DNA from: the human T2T-CHM13v2.0 reference genome, Homo sapiens
Strand: one strand, 5' to 3'
Assembly (NCBI RefSeq): GCF_009914755.1
Contig: NC_060936.1
DNA: 64,000 nt
This document shows, in pieces, positions 1-17,210 of this stretch (within the stretch, counting starts at the first letter, position 1; every line of letters starts with the position of its first letter). The notes under the pieces were generated by a model, which saw nothing but the letters and a program-made list of their open reading frames with translations, ran no database searches and was not told the DNA's origin. A program made the translations under genes and the position numbers.

Positions 1-26
1 ATAACAGAAGTAATCCTTTTACAGAC

Positions 27-110
27 TTTTTTTTTTTTTTTTTTTTTTTGAGATGGAGTCTCTCACTCTGTTGCCCAGGCTGGAGTGCAATGGCACGATC
101 TCAGCTTTAC
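27..110 (-). mobile_element. Alu 3'-end fragment (~60 bp, AluS-type) with poly(A) tail
   Basis: T-run 27-49, then GAGATGGAGTCTCTCACTCTGTTGCCCAGGCTGGAGTGCAATGGCACGATCTCAGCT, the reverse complement of the Alu right-arm end. Similarity stops abruptly at ~110. Confidence 0.9.
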
Positions 111-177
111 AAAAACAAAAAGGCTTTATAATCCTAGGCTTACTTTTACTCACCATTGTTTACTAATTGAAGTTTAG

Positions 178-600
<423 letters not shown>

Positions 601-619
601 TGAACTAACCCCAGTATTC

Positions 620-960
620 TCATAATGACTAAAGGTCAGTAACCAAGCCAAGCCCAGGAATGTGGCTGGGCTCCAAGAATAATCTAGAATGATCCAGGTT
701 TTGTCCATGCTCCATTCTGCCCTTCAATTTCATTGTTTTCTTTCTCTGAGGACTAGCTTTCTCTGCTCTCAGTCAACATACAAAACATGGAGAACAGTAG
801 CTCCCTGATTCTATGTGTTAGAATTCAGTCATTCAGGAAGAAACTAAACGTACTCTTTCTGTTCCAATTTTAAAATTCCTAGGCAAAAAAATGGCTATTT
901 TCATCAGTTGTCCATTCTTCGATGAGTCAACTCTGGTCAAGGAGTGGGTACACATTGGAG
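620..960 (-). mobile_element. Degraded MLT1-type (MaLR) LTR remnant
   Basis: Weak recalled similarity, e.g. ...GTCCATTCTTCGATGAGTCAACTCTGGTCAAGGAG. Confidence 0.3.
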
Positions 961-1439
961 AATAGGGTTTGACCCAACCTGTCAACTGGAGACAGGAGCC
1001 ATGGACATGTAGGGCTCAATGGCTGCCCTGGATCTACGGCCATTATGATGAGGATGTGATGTGCACCTATACACCAACACACCAGAGACTGTCCTAAAGA
1101 GTGATAACTTAATTCAGTCGCTTTAATTTTTTAAAAAAATCAATTTTAAAAAGTCAATTTGCTTAGAAGAAAACTACAATCATAACTATTACTTGGGTCT
1201 GTTTAAACAATTTTATTTTTAAAAACTTTGTGATTTTGGTGATGCATAAACACACTGTGGTTATTTTTATTTGCCTATTGGGAATTCTGATGAAAAATTA
1301 GGTGAGCAAAGGGACATATTTTTTAAACTATAAGACAGCTGTTCTTATTCAGTCACTGAGTGATAAGGAGGGAAGTTTAAGGCTTAGAATTCTTGGTTGT
1401 TGTAGAAGATACTTGAGTTGCTGACTTTACCCTTTCATG

Positions 1440-1780
1440 TTTGCTTTCCTGCCCTGCAGAAACAAGAAAGTGAAATCCTTCTTATATCCCTGAATCCCCA
1501 GAAGCCCTAGGTAGTCCTGTTACTTGGTTCTGGTGAATGGGATATAAGTGAAAAACTATTGGTGCTTCCCCTTCTGTTCTTCCTGCCTGAAATCCTGGAG
1601 GGATACCTGAGGTGCATCAGCCACCCCTAAGGATAGAAAAAGAAGGAAAAGAAGAGAAAGTGAGAAAGCATGGACTGCCTCTGCTTGGAGTCCTCTTGTA
1701 TGAGGCAGACAAATTCCTTAATATAAGCCACTCTGTGGGGTTTTTGTGAAACTCATAGCCGAGCACAATACACTGGATAT
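1440..1780 (+). mobile_element. Old MLT1 (I/J-like) LTR
   Basis: GTTCTGGTGAATGGGATATAAGTGAA, TTCTTCCTGCCTGAAA and a 3' end with TAAGCCACT...ATAGCCGAGCACAAT are typical of old MLT1. Confidence 0.45.
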
Positions 1781-1867
1781 AGCTATCCCAGCATCAGGAA
1801 AGTGGCAAGAATTACTGAAAGTTGGTACTTAAAGGTAGCCAATTGCTACTGCAAATCTTTTTGCCCT

Positions 1868-2396
1868 TGTGATGGTTAATTTTATGTGTCAACTTGATTG
1901 GGGCATAGGATGCCCAGATATTTGGTCCAACATTATTCTGGGTATGTCTGTGAAGGTGTTTCTGGATGAGATTAACATTTGAATCTACAGACTGAGTAAA
2001 GTAGATTGCTTTCTCTAATGTGGGTGGGCCTCATCCAGTCAGTTAAAGACCTGAGTAGAACAAAAAGGCTGAATAAGAGGGAACCTCTCCTGCTTGACTG
2101 CATAAGCTGAGACCTTGGTCTTTTCCTGGTTTTGGACTTGAAATGAAAAATAGACCCTTGAGTATCAATACTGCCAGCTTTAAGACTGAAACTTACACTA
2201 CTGGCTCTCTTGGTTCTCAGACCTTTGGACTCAGGCTGGAACTACACTATCAACTCTCCTGGGTCCCCAGCTTACTGGGGATCTTGTACTGGGGGCTGCA
2301 GATCTGAGACTTCTCAGCTCCATAATCATGTCAGCCAAATCATAATAAATGTCTCTCTGTCTCTCTAATTTTTCTTTCTCTAGAGGCCCTTGACTA
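1868..2396 (+). mobile_element. MLT2 (ERVL) solo LTR
   Basis: Starts TGTGATGGTTAATTTTATGTGTCAACTTGA and contains GTGTTTCTGGATGAGATTAACATTTGAATC. Confidence 0.85.
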
Positions 2397-2405
2397 TTTG
2401 GGAGG

Positions 2406-2873
2406 TGTGGTAGGCTGAATAATAGCCCTCCCAGAGATATCCACATCCAAAATAACAAAAACCTGTGAATATGTTACGTACATGGTTAAAAAGACACTGC
2501 AGATGTGATTAAGTATCTTGAGATGGAGAGATTATCCTGAGTTATCTCGGTATTCACATGGGTTCTTGTAACAGAGAAGTAGGTAGGTCAGAGACATGGA
2601 AAGAAGATATGGAGTTGGAAGCAAAGTTCAGAGAGGAAAGAAGATGCTACCCTGCTGACTTGGAAGACAGAAGAAGAGGCCTTGAACCAAGGAGTAGAGG
2701 TAGCCTCTAAAAACTGGAATAGGCCAGAAAATTGATTCTTACCTAGCACCTCCTAGGCAGCCCCATGGACCCATTTTTTACTTCTGACCTCCATAATTAT
2801 AAAACGTTAAACTTGTGTGTTATACTACTAAGTGTGTTTTAATTTGCTAGGGCAGCAGTAGGAAACTAACATA
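2406..2873 (+). mobile_element. MLT1D-like solo LTR
   Basis: TGTGGTAGGCTGAATAAT ... GCAGATGTGATTAAG ... GCAGCAGTAGGAAACTAACATA. Confidence 0.8.
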
Positions 2874-4114
2874 GGGGATTTGATTAACAGTATAAATGCA
2901 ACTGGACTCCAGCAAGTGTTCCCAAAGAATCACACAACCTCTACTCACCCCTCAAATCCATTCAGGGCACAGTGGGGTCAGCATGCGACCATGCACTTTC
3001 AGCAGATTAAAAGTTTCCTTTTTGATCTAATAAGAACAGCAATGTAGACTTAATGGCAAATTTGGTTTCTTATATCCAAAATTGAATTTTGAACTCAGCT
3101 ACCAAGAGGTGTTTGTGACTAGGCTGTATCTACTGAGTAGAAATTTCATTCAAGTGACATTTGACATAGAACTCTCTAGATGCATGATTAATTTTTGCAG
3201 ATCAGGTATTACCTCATTATCAGATGTGTAGAAAGTAACAATGTAATCATAAAGCAGCTATTTTCAGTGCACTCCGCCAGGTTATTTCTCTGCCAAATCA
3301 TTATGCCCTGGGAAACAGCACGTGGCATTATCAAAACAAGTTTGTTCTCATGAGCAGTCAGTTCAGATAATTGCATCTTTATTACTGACAGTCCCCTTAG
3401 GAAATCTGGGTCCTGAGTTCTGTTCTTCTCTGGAACTGCAATTCATTAAAGTTTCCATCCTGAGCCAGTTTTAATTAAACTGTGCTCCTTTTCTCTTTAG
3501 TGTCACATAGCTCATTTTTCCTGGCAGGCTAGAGTTATTGTAGAAATCCAGCTGTTGAATTAATCTGAGACCCCTTCCTATTTGTCATTTTAAGAAATCT
3601 CCTGTCAATTTACAAGTTCAGCAGCTGAAAGAGCATAAAATGTACCAGCTTGCACAAAAAGAACATGAAAAGCAGGAAAGGAAAACGAAAAAGAAAGGAA
3701 ATACTAGGTAGTACCTCACTCTGCATCTTTTAGAAAATAAAACTAGTACTTGGAGACATTCATAAGCTGACGTGATGTTTATGGCAATAATACTAGGTGA
3801 TAAATTTAATGTCTTAAATATAGATTTTGTTTAGCTCCTTTCATTCCGAAATTAAACTGCCTTGTAACTGGTATGGTATGATTCATAACTTTTCATCCCC
3901 TTTCCAATAGGATTCTCTTAACTGGCTATAATCATTCTTTTTTTATGCACAAAATAAAAGAGATTTGTTTGTTTGTTACTTATGTGTTTTCACTGACAAG
4001 CAATAATGCATCATTAACTGCATCTCTTGTTAGTTGTCATTATTGGTTTGCAGAGTGATAACTTTGTCTCAGCAACACAGGTTCTCCCTCATTATGGGTA
4101 AGAATAAAAGAGCC

Positions 4115-4240
4115 TTTTTGTTCATTCAACAATCTAATAAATATTCATCGAGTGCCTTCTTTGTGAAAGGCCTAGCACAAGACAATGCATAGAATATAAA
4201 ACTGTCTAAGATAGGCTCTATTTTCTGGCAATTTATTGAG
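4115..4240 (-). mobile_element. L2 3'-end relic
   Basis: TTCATTCAACAA...ATATTCATCGAGTGCCTTCTTTGTG resembles the antisense L2 tail. Confidence 0.45.
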
Positions 4241-4264
4241 GTAACTTACACGTGTTGACTTTCA

Positions 4265-4656
<392 letters not shown>

Positions 4657-4669
4657 AAAGTCTGAAGGA

Positions 4670-4830
4670 AAAGTGATTAGTTAAGAAGCATGGTCTAGTC
4701 ATGAGGTTATTATAGGGACAAATAAGACAATAGGAATAAAAAGAAAAATAAAGTCACAGTACACATTTAAAAAGAAAGACTCAAAAGGACTCAGCAACTG
4801 ATTGGCTATATAGGTAAATGTGTGGATACA
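4670..4830 (-). mobile_element. L2 relic
   Basis: AAAAGGACTCAGCAACTGATTGGCTATAT resembles antisense L2. Confidence 0.35.
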
Positions 4831-6826
4831 TTTTAAAAACCAGTGTTTCCTCTAGTTTTCTTAAAATACATATGACTATTTAAAGCAAAAATTAAAACAT
4901 GGTTTTATGGGATTTAGTATAGATAGATATATAGGATTTAGTATAGATACATAGATATATGTAATACACATGAAAATTATAGCATAAAAGACTAAGGTGA
5001 CAATAAGTGAAATATCCTCCATTGCTATGAAAATTGTTACATTAATGTGAATTGGCATAATATTTATTTTAACTATGCTATGAAAAGTTAAGGATATATG
5101 TTTTAATTCTTACAGCAACCACTAAAATTTAACGCAAGGAGATATAGCTAAAAAGCAATAGGTAAATTAAAATGTAACTCTAAAAATTATTCAAATAAGC
5201 TTAAAAAAAGAAGAAACAAAGGAAAGAAAAATATATAGAGATTGATATACAGAAAACAAATAATAAAAAGGCAGACCTAATCTAACCCTGTCAATAATTA
5301 CATGAAATATATTAAAAATCCATACAGTCCAGTTGTATGGATAGTGTACCCATACACTTCAATCCTTTTAACTCCAGTTAAAAGGCAGAAATTTTTAGAA
5401 TTAATTAAAAACAAAGCAAGGCTCAACTATTTTATGACCATATGAGATGAATTTTAGATACGAAGATGTAGATAGGTTGAAATTAAATGGAAACAGAAAG
5501 ACTGAAGTGGCTATTTAATATCAAGTAAAGTAGACTTTAAGACAAAAAGTGTTATCAGAGATAAATAAGGAAGTTTGATCTGATAAAAGTGTCAATCCAT
5601 CAGGAAGATACAACAATTATAAATGTGTATGTGTCTAATAACAAGGCAACAAAATACATGAAACAAAGATTGACAAAATTAAAAGGAGAAATAACTCCAT
5701 GAACATAGTTGGAGACTTCAAAGCCCACTCTCAGCAAGTAATAGAACAACCAAACAGACACTTAGCAAACACATAAGAGAGTTGAACAACATTATTGATC
5801 ATCTTATTCTAATTGCCATTTACAGAACAGTACATCCAGAATCAGCTGAATACACATTTGTTTCAAGTACACATGGTATGTTCATAAAGGAACTATATTC
5901 TGGAGTATAAAATAAGTCTAGTAAATTTCAAGAGGATTGAAATTATACAGAGGATGTTCTCTGACCACAAAGGAAAATTAATTAGAAAACAATAATGTGT
6001 CTAGAAAACTTCCTAAAATATGAAAATTAACACAATGCTAAATAAGCTAGAGGACAAAAAGGAACTGATAATAAGAATTGGAATATACTTCAAATTGAAT
6101 AACAACAACTAAAAAAGCAACATATCAAAATTTGTAGACTGCAACTAAAATAGTACTTACAGAGAAATATATGGCTTTAAATAATTCTATTACAATAAAA
6201 AAGGGTCTAAAATCAATGACTGAAGATCCTTCTTGAGAAATTATAAAAAGAGAAAAGCACAAGAAGAGTATACAGAAGGAAGAAAATAATAAAGTTAAGA
6301 GCAGAAATCAATGAAAGAGAAAAATGATAGAAAAACACAGCCAAAAGTTTCTTTGAAAAGTTCAAAAAGATTTATAAACCCTAGATATACTAACTTAAGA
6401 AAAAACAAATAATGAATGTCACTATTGAGAACAAAAGCGTAGTTATTACTAAGATAGAATAGACATTCTATCTTAGGATAGATAATGGGATAGAATAATG
6501 AGGGAATATTATTAACAATTTCATGCCAACAAATTGATCAATTCTGATGGAATGAACACTTTTTTTGAACATCAAAATGTACAAAAACTGACACAAGACA
6601 AAAATCTGAAGTGTCCTATATCTATTAAGGAAAACTAAAATAATTACTGAACTCTTTCTTCAGAGACTATTCCAGGCCCACATGGTTTCACTGATGAATT
6701 CTAACAAATATTTAAGGAAGAAATATTCTAACAAATATTTAAGAAATTCTTAAACACATTATCTCAGAAAAGAGCAGGGAACAATCTCAATTCATTTTAT
6801 GATAACGGCATAATCTTAATCCATAA

Positions 6827-7232
<406 letters not shown>

Positions 7233-7443
7233 TCAAATACATCAATATATATGTAAAGAACAATTACAAGGAGGAGTTACCCAAGAAATGTAAGATTGTA
7301 TAACATTCTAAAATCAATATAATTCTTCATGTTTTCAAAAAACGATAAAAACCATATGATTCTTTCATTAGAAGCAGAAAAATATTGACAAAACTCATCA
7401 TTTATCCATGTCAAAACTCTCAGCAAACTAAAACTAGAAGAAA

Positions 7444-7619
7444 GCTGGGCACAGGGATGCATACCTGTAGTCCTAGCTTACTTGGAGGCTGAGGTGAGAG
7501 GATCACTTAAGCCCAGGAGTTTGAGTCCAACCTAGGCAACATACCAAGACCTTCATCTAAGATGAATTAAAGAATGAATAATAAATTTTAAAAATTGCCC
7601 TTCTGGGCTGGTCTAAAAC
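7444..7619 (+). mobile_element. FLAM_A-like Alu monomer with extended 3' tail
   Basis: GCTGGGCACAG...CCTGTAGTCCTAGCT...GCCCAGGAGTTTGAGTCCAACCTAGGCAACATA. Imperfect TSD AAACT(A/G)GAAG at 7431-7440 and 7620-7629. Confidence 0.8.
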
Positions 7620-8642
7620 AAACTGGAAGGAAACTTCAATTTGTTAAAGAGTATCTATAAAATCTTACAAGTAGCATTGTACTTAATGAAAAATATTGAT
7701 TACATTCCCCCTAATATTGGAAATAAGTCAATAATGACCACTTTCATCTCTTTTACTCACAAGTCTTTTGGAGGCCCTTGACAATGTGATAAAAGGCAAA
7801 AAAAAAAAAAATACATTAAAAAAATTCAGATTTGAAAAAATGTAAAACTTTTTCTATCTGTAGGTTATGACTGTTTATGCAGAATATCCTAAGTAACCTA
7901 CAAAACCACTACTAAAACTAATAAGCGAGACACAGGAAAATGGCAGATAGGAGGCAGGACTGACTTGCAGCTCCCACTAGGACAGACAGAGCAGCGTGTG
8001 GAGACCCACATCGTGAACTTTTGCTCCAAGAACTACTGCAGGAACATACCAGGAAAGCCAAGAGCATCCACAGACCCTTTGAAGGAGCTGGATTGCCACT
8101 GGCCACTGCAGGCTACATAGGACAGCTGAGGAACTCCAAAGCAAACGAGATAATCCCTTGGGAGCTTTATGGCCCTGCCTACTGCCTGAGAAATCTGAAT
8201 TTGCCCTAGGGTGCTAGGGCAAGCTTGTATTCTCCCTATACAACTGCAGTTGATGTGCTCTTAAAAGCGCCACCTCCTGCCTGGAGGCTAAACTTCACAA
8301 AACCAGTGCAAAACCAAAAATACACCAAGACCTTCAAAGAGTCCGCTTCACTCGCCTGCTACTTCCACCAGAGCAGGTGCTGGTATCCATGGCTGAGAGA
8401 CCTCAAAACAGATCATACCACAGGACTTTTTGCACACTCTCCAGTATTATCCCAGAGCCTGGTAGCTCTGCTGGGTGGCTAGATCCAGAAGAGAAATAAC
8501 AATCACTGCAATTCGGGTCTCAGGAAACCCCATCCCTAGGGGAAAGTGGAGAGCACCACATTAAGGGAGCACTCTGTGGGACAAAAGAATTTGAATAGTA
8601 GCCCTTGAGTCCCAGATCTTCCCTCTGACATAGTCTACTCAA

Positions 8643-9640
8643 ATGAGAAGAAACCAGATAAACGAATCTGGTAATATGACAAAACAAGGTTCTTTAATAC
8701 CCACAAATGATCACACTAGCTCACCAACAATGGATCCAAACCAAGACGAAATCTTTCTGAATTGCCAGAAAAAGAATTCAGAAGGTTGACTACTAAGCTA
8801 TTCAAGAAGTCACCAGAGAAAGGTAAAGTCCAACTTAGAGAAATCAAAAACATGATATAGGACATGAATGAAAAAATCTCCAGTGAAATAGATAACATTA
8901 AATTTAAAAAAAAAATCAACTTCTGGAAATGAAGGACACACTTAGAGATATGCAAAATGCACTGGAAAGCCTCAGCAATAGTATTGAACAAGTAGAAGAA
9001 AGAACTTCAGAGCTCAAAGACAAGGCTTTTGAATTAACCCAATCCAACAAAGACAAAGCAAAAAGAATTTTAAAAAATAAGCAAAGCCTCCAAGAAGCTT
9101 GGGATTATGTTAAACAACCAAATCTAAGAATAATTGATGTTCCTGAGGAAGAAGAGACATCCAAATATTTGGAAAACATATTTGGAATAATCAAGAAAAA
9201 CTTCCCCAGCCTTGCTAGGGATCTAGACATCCAAATATGAGAAGCTCAAAGAACATCTGGGAAATTAATTGCAAAAAGTCATTGCCCAGGCACATAGCAT
9301 CGTGTTATCTAAAGTCAAGATGAAAAAAATAACCTTAAGAGCTATGAGGCCAAAGCATCAGGTAACCTATAAAGGAAAACCTATCAGATTAACAGCAGAT
9401 TTCCCAGCAGAAACCCTACAATCTAGAAGGGATTAAGGTCCTACCTTTGGCCTCCTTAAACAAAACAATTACCAGCAAGAATTTTGTATCCAGTGAAAGT
9501 AAGCTTTATAAATGAAGAAAAGATACAGTCTTTTTCAGACAAACACATGCTGAGAGAATTTGCCACTACCAAGCCAGCACTACAAGAACTGCTAGAAGGA
9601 GCTCTAAATCTTGAAACAAATCCTCAATATACACCAAAAT
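8643..9640 (+). pseudogene. Disrupted L1 ORF1p
   Basis: ATG at 8643 (MRRNQ...). ORF 8929..9240 contains the ORF1p-like QSLQEAWDYVKQPNLRII. Frameshifts and stops elsewhere. Confidence 0.85.
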
Positions 9641-9728
9641 AGAATCTCCTTAAAGCATAAACCTCACAGGACCTATAAAACAATAACACAATGGGAAAAA
9701 AAACCAAGTTATTCAGGCAACAAATGGC

Positions 9729-12700
9729 ATGAGAATAGAATAGTTCTTCACATCTTAATACTGATGTTGAATGTAAATAGCCTAAATGCTCCACTTAAAA
9801 AATACAGAATGGCAGAATGGATTAAAATTTCACCAACCAAGTATCTGCTGTCTTCAAGACATTCATCTGACACATAAGGACTCACATAAACTTAAGGTAA
9901 ATGGATGGAAAAAGGTATTCCATGCAAATGGACACCAAAAGTGAGCAGGAGAAGCTATTCTTATATCAGACAAAACAGTCTTTAAAGCAATAGCAGTTAA
10001 AAAAGACAAAGAGTGATATTACATAATGATAAAAGGACTAGTCCAACAGGAAAATATCACAGTCCTAAATATATATGCACCTAATACTGGAGCTCCCAAA
10101 TTTATAAAACAATTACTACTAGACCTAAGAAATGAGATAGACAGCAACACAATAATAGTGGGGGACTTTAATACTCCACTGACAGCACTAGACAGGTCAT
10201 CAAGACAGGAAGTCAGCAAAGAAACAGTGGACTTAAACTATACCCTAGAACAAATGGACTTAACAGATATTTACAGAAAATTCTACCCAACAACTCAAGT
10301 ATATACATTCTATTAATCAGCACATAGAACATTCTCCAAGATAGACCATATGATAGGCCACAAAACAAGTCTCAACAAATTTAAGAAAATCGAAATTACA
10401 GCAAGTACTCCCTCAGACCACAGTGGAATATTATTGAAAATCAACTCCATACAGAACTATCAAAACTGTGCAAATACATGGAAATTGAATAACCTGCTCC
10501 TAAATGATTTTCGGTTCAACAATGAAATCAAGATGGAAATTAAAATATTCTTTGAACTGAATGGCAATAGTGAGACAACCTATCAAAGCCTCTGGGATAC
10601 AGCAAAAGTGGCGCTAAGAGGAAAGTTCATAGCATTAAGTGCCTACATCAAAAAGTCCGAAAGAACACAAATGGACAATCTAAGGTCACACCTCAAAAAA
10701 ACTAGAGAAACAAGAACAAACCAAAACCAAACCCAAACTCAGCAGAAGAAAAGAAATAAACAAGATCAGAGCAGAACTAAATGGAAATGAAACAACAAAA
10801 AAAAACTATACAAAAGATAAATGAAACAAAAAGCTGGTTCTTTGAAATGATAAATAAAATTAATAGACCATTAGCAAAACTAACCAAGAAGAGAGAAGAT
10901 CCAAATAAGCTCAATTAGAAACAAAATGGGAGATATTACAACCGATACCACAGAAATACAAGAGATCATTCAAGGCTACTATGAACACCTTTACACACAT
11001 AAACTAGAAAACCTAGAGGAGATGGATAAATTCCTGGAAATATACAACCCTCCTAGATTAAACCAGAAGAAATAGAAACTATGAACCGACTAATAACAAG
11101 CAGGAAGATTGACATGGTAATTTAAAAGTTACCAACAAAAAAATTCCAAGACCAGATGATTCACAGCTGAATTCTATCAGACATTCAAAGAAGAATTTGT
11201 GCAATCCTATTGACACTATTCCAGAAGACAGCCAAAGAGGGAATACTCCCTAAATCATTCTATGAAGCCAGTATCCCCCTAATACCAAAACCAGGAGAGG
11301 ACATAATAAAAAAAGGAAAATACAGACCGATGAATATAGATGCAAAAATCCTCAATGAAACACGTGCGGACTGAATCCAACAACATATTAAAAAGATAAT
11401 CCACTATTATCAAGTGGGTTTCATACCAGGGATGCAGGGATAGTTTAACATTGCAAGTCAATAAATGTGATACACCACATAAACAGAATTAAAACCGAAA
11501 ATCACACGATCATCTCAATAGAAGCAGAAAAAGCATTTGACAAAATCCAACATTCCTTTATGATTAAAACCCTCAGTAAAATTGGCATAGAAGGAACATA
11601 CCCGAAGGCAATACAAGCCATCTGTGACAAACCCACAGCCAATATTATACTAAATGGGGAAAAGTTGAAAGCATTTCCCCTGAGAACTGGAACACAACAA
11701 GGATGCCCATTTTCACCACTTCTATTCAACGTAGTACTAGAAGTCCTAACCAGAGCAATCAGACAAGAGAAAGAAATAAAAGACATCCAAATCAGTAAAG
11801 AGGAAGTCAAACTGTTGCTGTTTGCTGATGATGTGATCGTATACCTAGAAAACCCTAAAGACTCATTCAAAAAGCTCCTAGAACTGGTAAATGGATTTGG
11901 CAGTTCCAGGATACAAAATTAATGTACACAAATCAGTAACTCTGCTATACGCCAACAGCTACCAAGCTGAGAATCAAATAGAGAACTCAATCCCTTTTAC
12001 AATAGCTGCAAAAATAAAATAAAATACTTAGGAATATACCTAACCAAGGAGGTGAATGACCTCTACAAGGAAAACTATGAAACACTGCAGAAATAAGTCA
12101 TAAGTGGAAATAAATTGAAACACATTCCATGCTCATGGATGGGTAGAGTAAATTTTGTGAAAATGACCATACTGCCAAAAGAATCTACAAATTAAATGAA
12201 ATTCCCATCAAAATACCACTGTCATTTTTCACAGAACTAGAAAAAACAATTCTAAAATTTATATGGAATCAAAAAAACCCACATAGCCAAAGAAAGACTA
12301 AGCAAAAAGAATAAAACTGGAGGCATCACGTTACTCGACTTCAAACTATACTATAATGCCATAGTCACCAAAACAACATGGCACTGGTATAAAAACAGGC
12401 ATAGAGACCAATGGAACATAATAGAGAACCCAGAAATAAAGTCAAATATTTACTGTCAACTGATCTTCAACAAAGCAAACCAAAACATAAAGTGGAGAGA
12501 GGTCACCCTATTCAACAAATGGTGCTGGGATAATTAGCAAGCCACATGTAGATGGATGAAACTGAATCTTCATCTCTCATCTTATACAAAAATCAACTCA
12601 AGATGGATCAAAGACTTAAATCTAAGATCTGAAACTATAAAAATTCTAGAAGATAGCATTGGAAAAATCCTTCTACACATTGGTGTAGGCAAAGACTTTA

Positions 12701-13347
12701 TGACCAAGAATCCAAAGCAAATGTGACAAAAACAAAGATAAATAACTGGGACTTGGTTAAAATAGAAAGCTCCTGCATGGCAAAAGAAACAATCAGCAGA
12801 ATAAACAGACAACCCACAGAGTGGGAAAAATCTTTGCAATCTACACATACAACAAAGGACTAACATTCAGAATCTACAAGGAACTCAAACAAATTAGGAA
12901 AAAAAAACCAATTCCATCAAAAAGTGGGCTAAGGACATGAACAGACAATTCTCAAAAGAAGATCTACAAATGGTCAACAAACAGATAAAAAAAATGCTCA
13001 GTGTCACTAATTATCAGGGAAATTCAAATCAAAACCGCAATGTGATACACCTTACTCCTGCAAGAATGGCCATAATCAAAAAATCAAAAATAATAGATGT
13101 TGGCATGGATGTGGTGAAAAGGGAACACTTTTACACTGCTGTTGAGAGTGTAAACTAGTACAACCACTATGAAAAACAGTGTGGAGATTCATTAAAGAAC
13201 TAAAAGTAGAACTACCATTTGATCCAGCAATTCCACTGCTGGGTATCTACCCAGAGGAAAATAAGTCATTATACAAAAAAGATACTGCACAAAAATATGG
13301 AACCAGCTCAAGTGTCCATCAATCAATGAGTGGATAAAGAAACTGTG

Positions 13348-13394
<47 letters not shown>

Positions 13395-13536
13395 GGAATA
13401 CTACTCAACCTTAAAAAGGAACAAAATAATGGCATTCACAGAAACTTGGAAGAAATTGGATAACATTATTCTAGGTGAAGTAACTCAGGAATGGAAAACC
13501 AAACATTGTATGCTCTCACTCATAAGTGGGAGCTAA
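9729..13536 (+). pseudogene. Disrupted L1 ORF2p (APE endonuclease + reverse transcriptase)
   Basis: EN motifs LNIYAPNTG, IVGDFNTPL and SDHSG; RT motifs [10 protein letters not shown] and LFADD; C-terminus SLISGS*. Split over several frames. Confidence 0.9.
13351..13392. repeat. (TA)21 microsatellite inside the L1PB 3' region
   Basis: Read directly. Confidence 0.97.
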
Positions 13537-13631
13537 GCTATGAGGATGCAAAGGCATAGGAATGATATAATAGACTTTGGGGACTCAAGGGAAAAACCTG
13601 TTCCCCAGAAACCCATTGGGATAATAAATAA

Positions 13632-14118
13632 TTGTACTATAAAGATACCTCCATGCCAATGTTCATGGCAGCACTATGCACAATAGCAAAGATATGGAAG
13701 CAACCTAAATGCCCACCAATGATAGACTGGATAAAGAAAATGTGGTATATATGCACCATGGAATACTATGCAGCCACAAAAAAGAATGAGATGATGTCTC
13801 TTGCAGGAACATACATGGAGCAGGAGGCTGTTTTCCTTAGCAAATTAACAGAGGAACAGAAAACTAAATACTGCATAGTCTCACTTATAAATGGGTGCTA
13901 AATGATAAGAACTTATGAACTCAAAGAAGGAAACAACAGACACTGGGGCCTACTTCAGGGGAATGAGTAGGAGGAGGGAGAGGACCTGAAAATATAACTG
14001 TTGGTAACTGGGCTTAATAGCTGGGTGATGTAATGATACATACAACAAACCCCTGTGACATGTGTTTACCTACATAAAAAAATCTTCACATATACTCTCA
14101 AACCTAAAATAAAAGTTA
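13632..14118 (+). mobile_element. L1PA13-16-like 3' fragment
   Basis: ORF2 C-terminus (ORF 13632..13901, WIKKMWYICTMEYY) and 3'UTR AAATGATAAGAACTTATGAAC...AACCTAAAATAAAAGTT. Confidence 0.8.
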
Positions 14119-14135
14119 ACTTAAGAAAATGGGAT

Positions 14136-17210
<3,075 letters not shown>

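Larger units (their letters stand above)
7927..13631 (+). mobile_element. Near full-length L1PB (L1PB1-like with L1PBa-type 5'UTR), inactive
   Basis: 5'UTR ATGGCAGATAGGAGGCAGGACT...TTTTGCTCCAAGAACTACTGCAGG, ORF1 and ORF2 fragments, and 3'UTR GCTAAGCTATGAGGATGCAAAGGCAT...CCTGTTCCCC. Confidence 0.9.
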
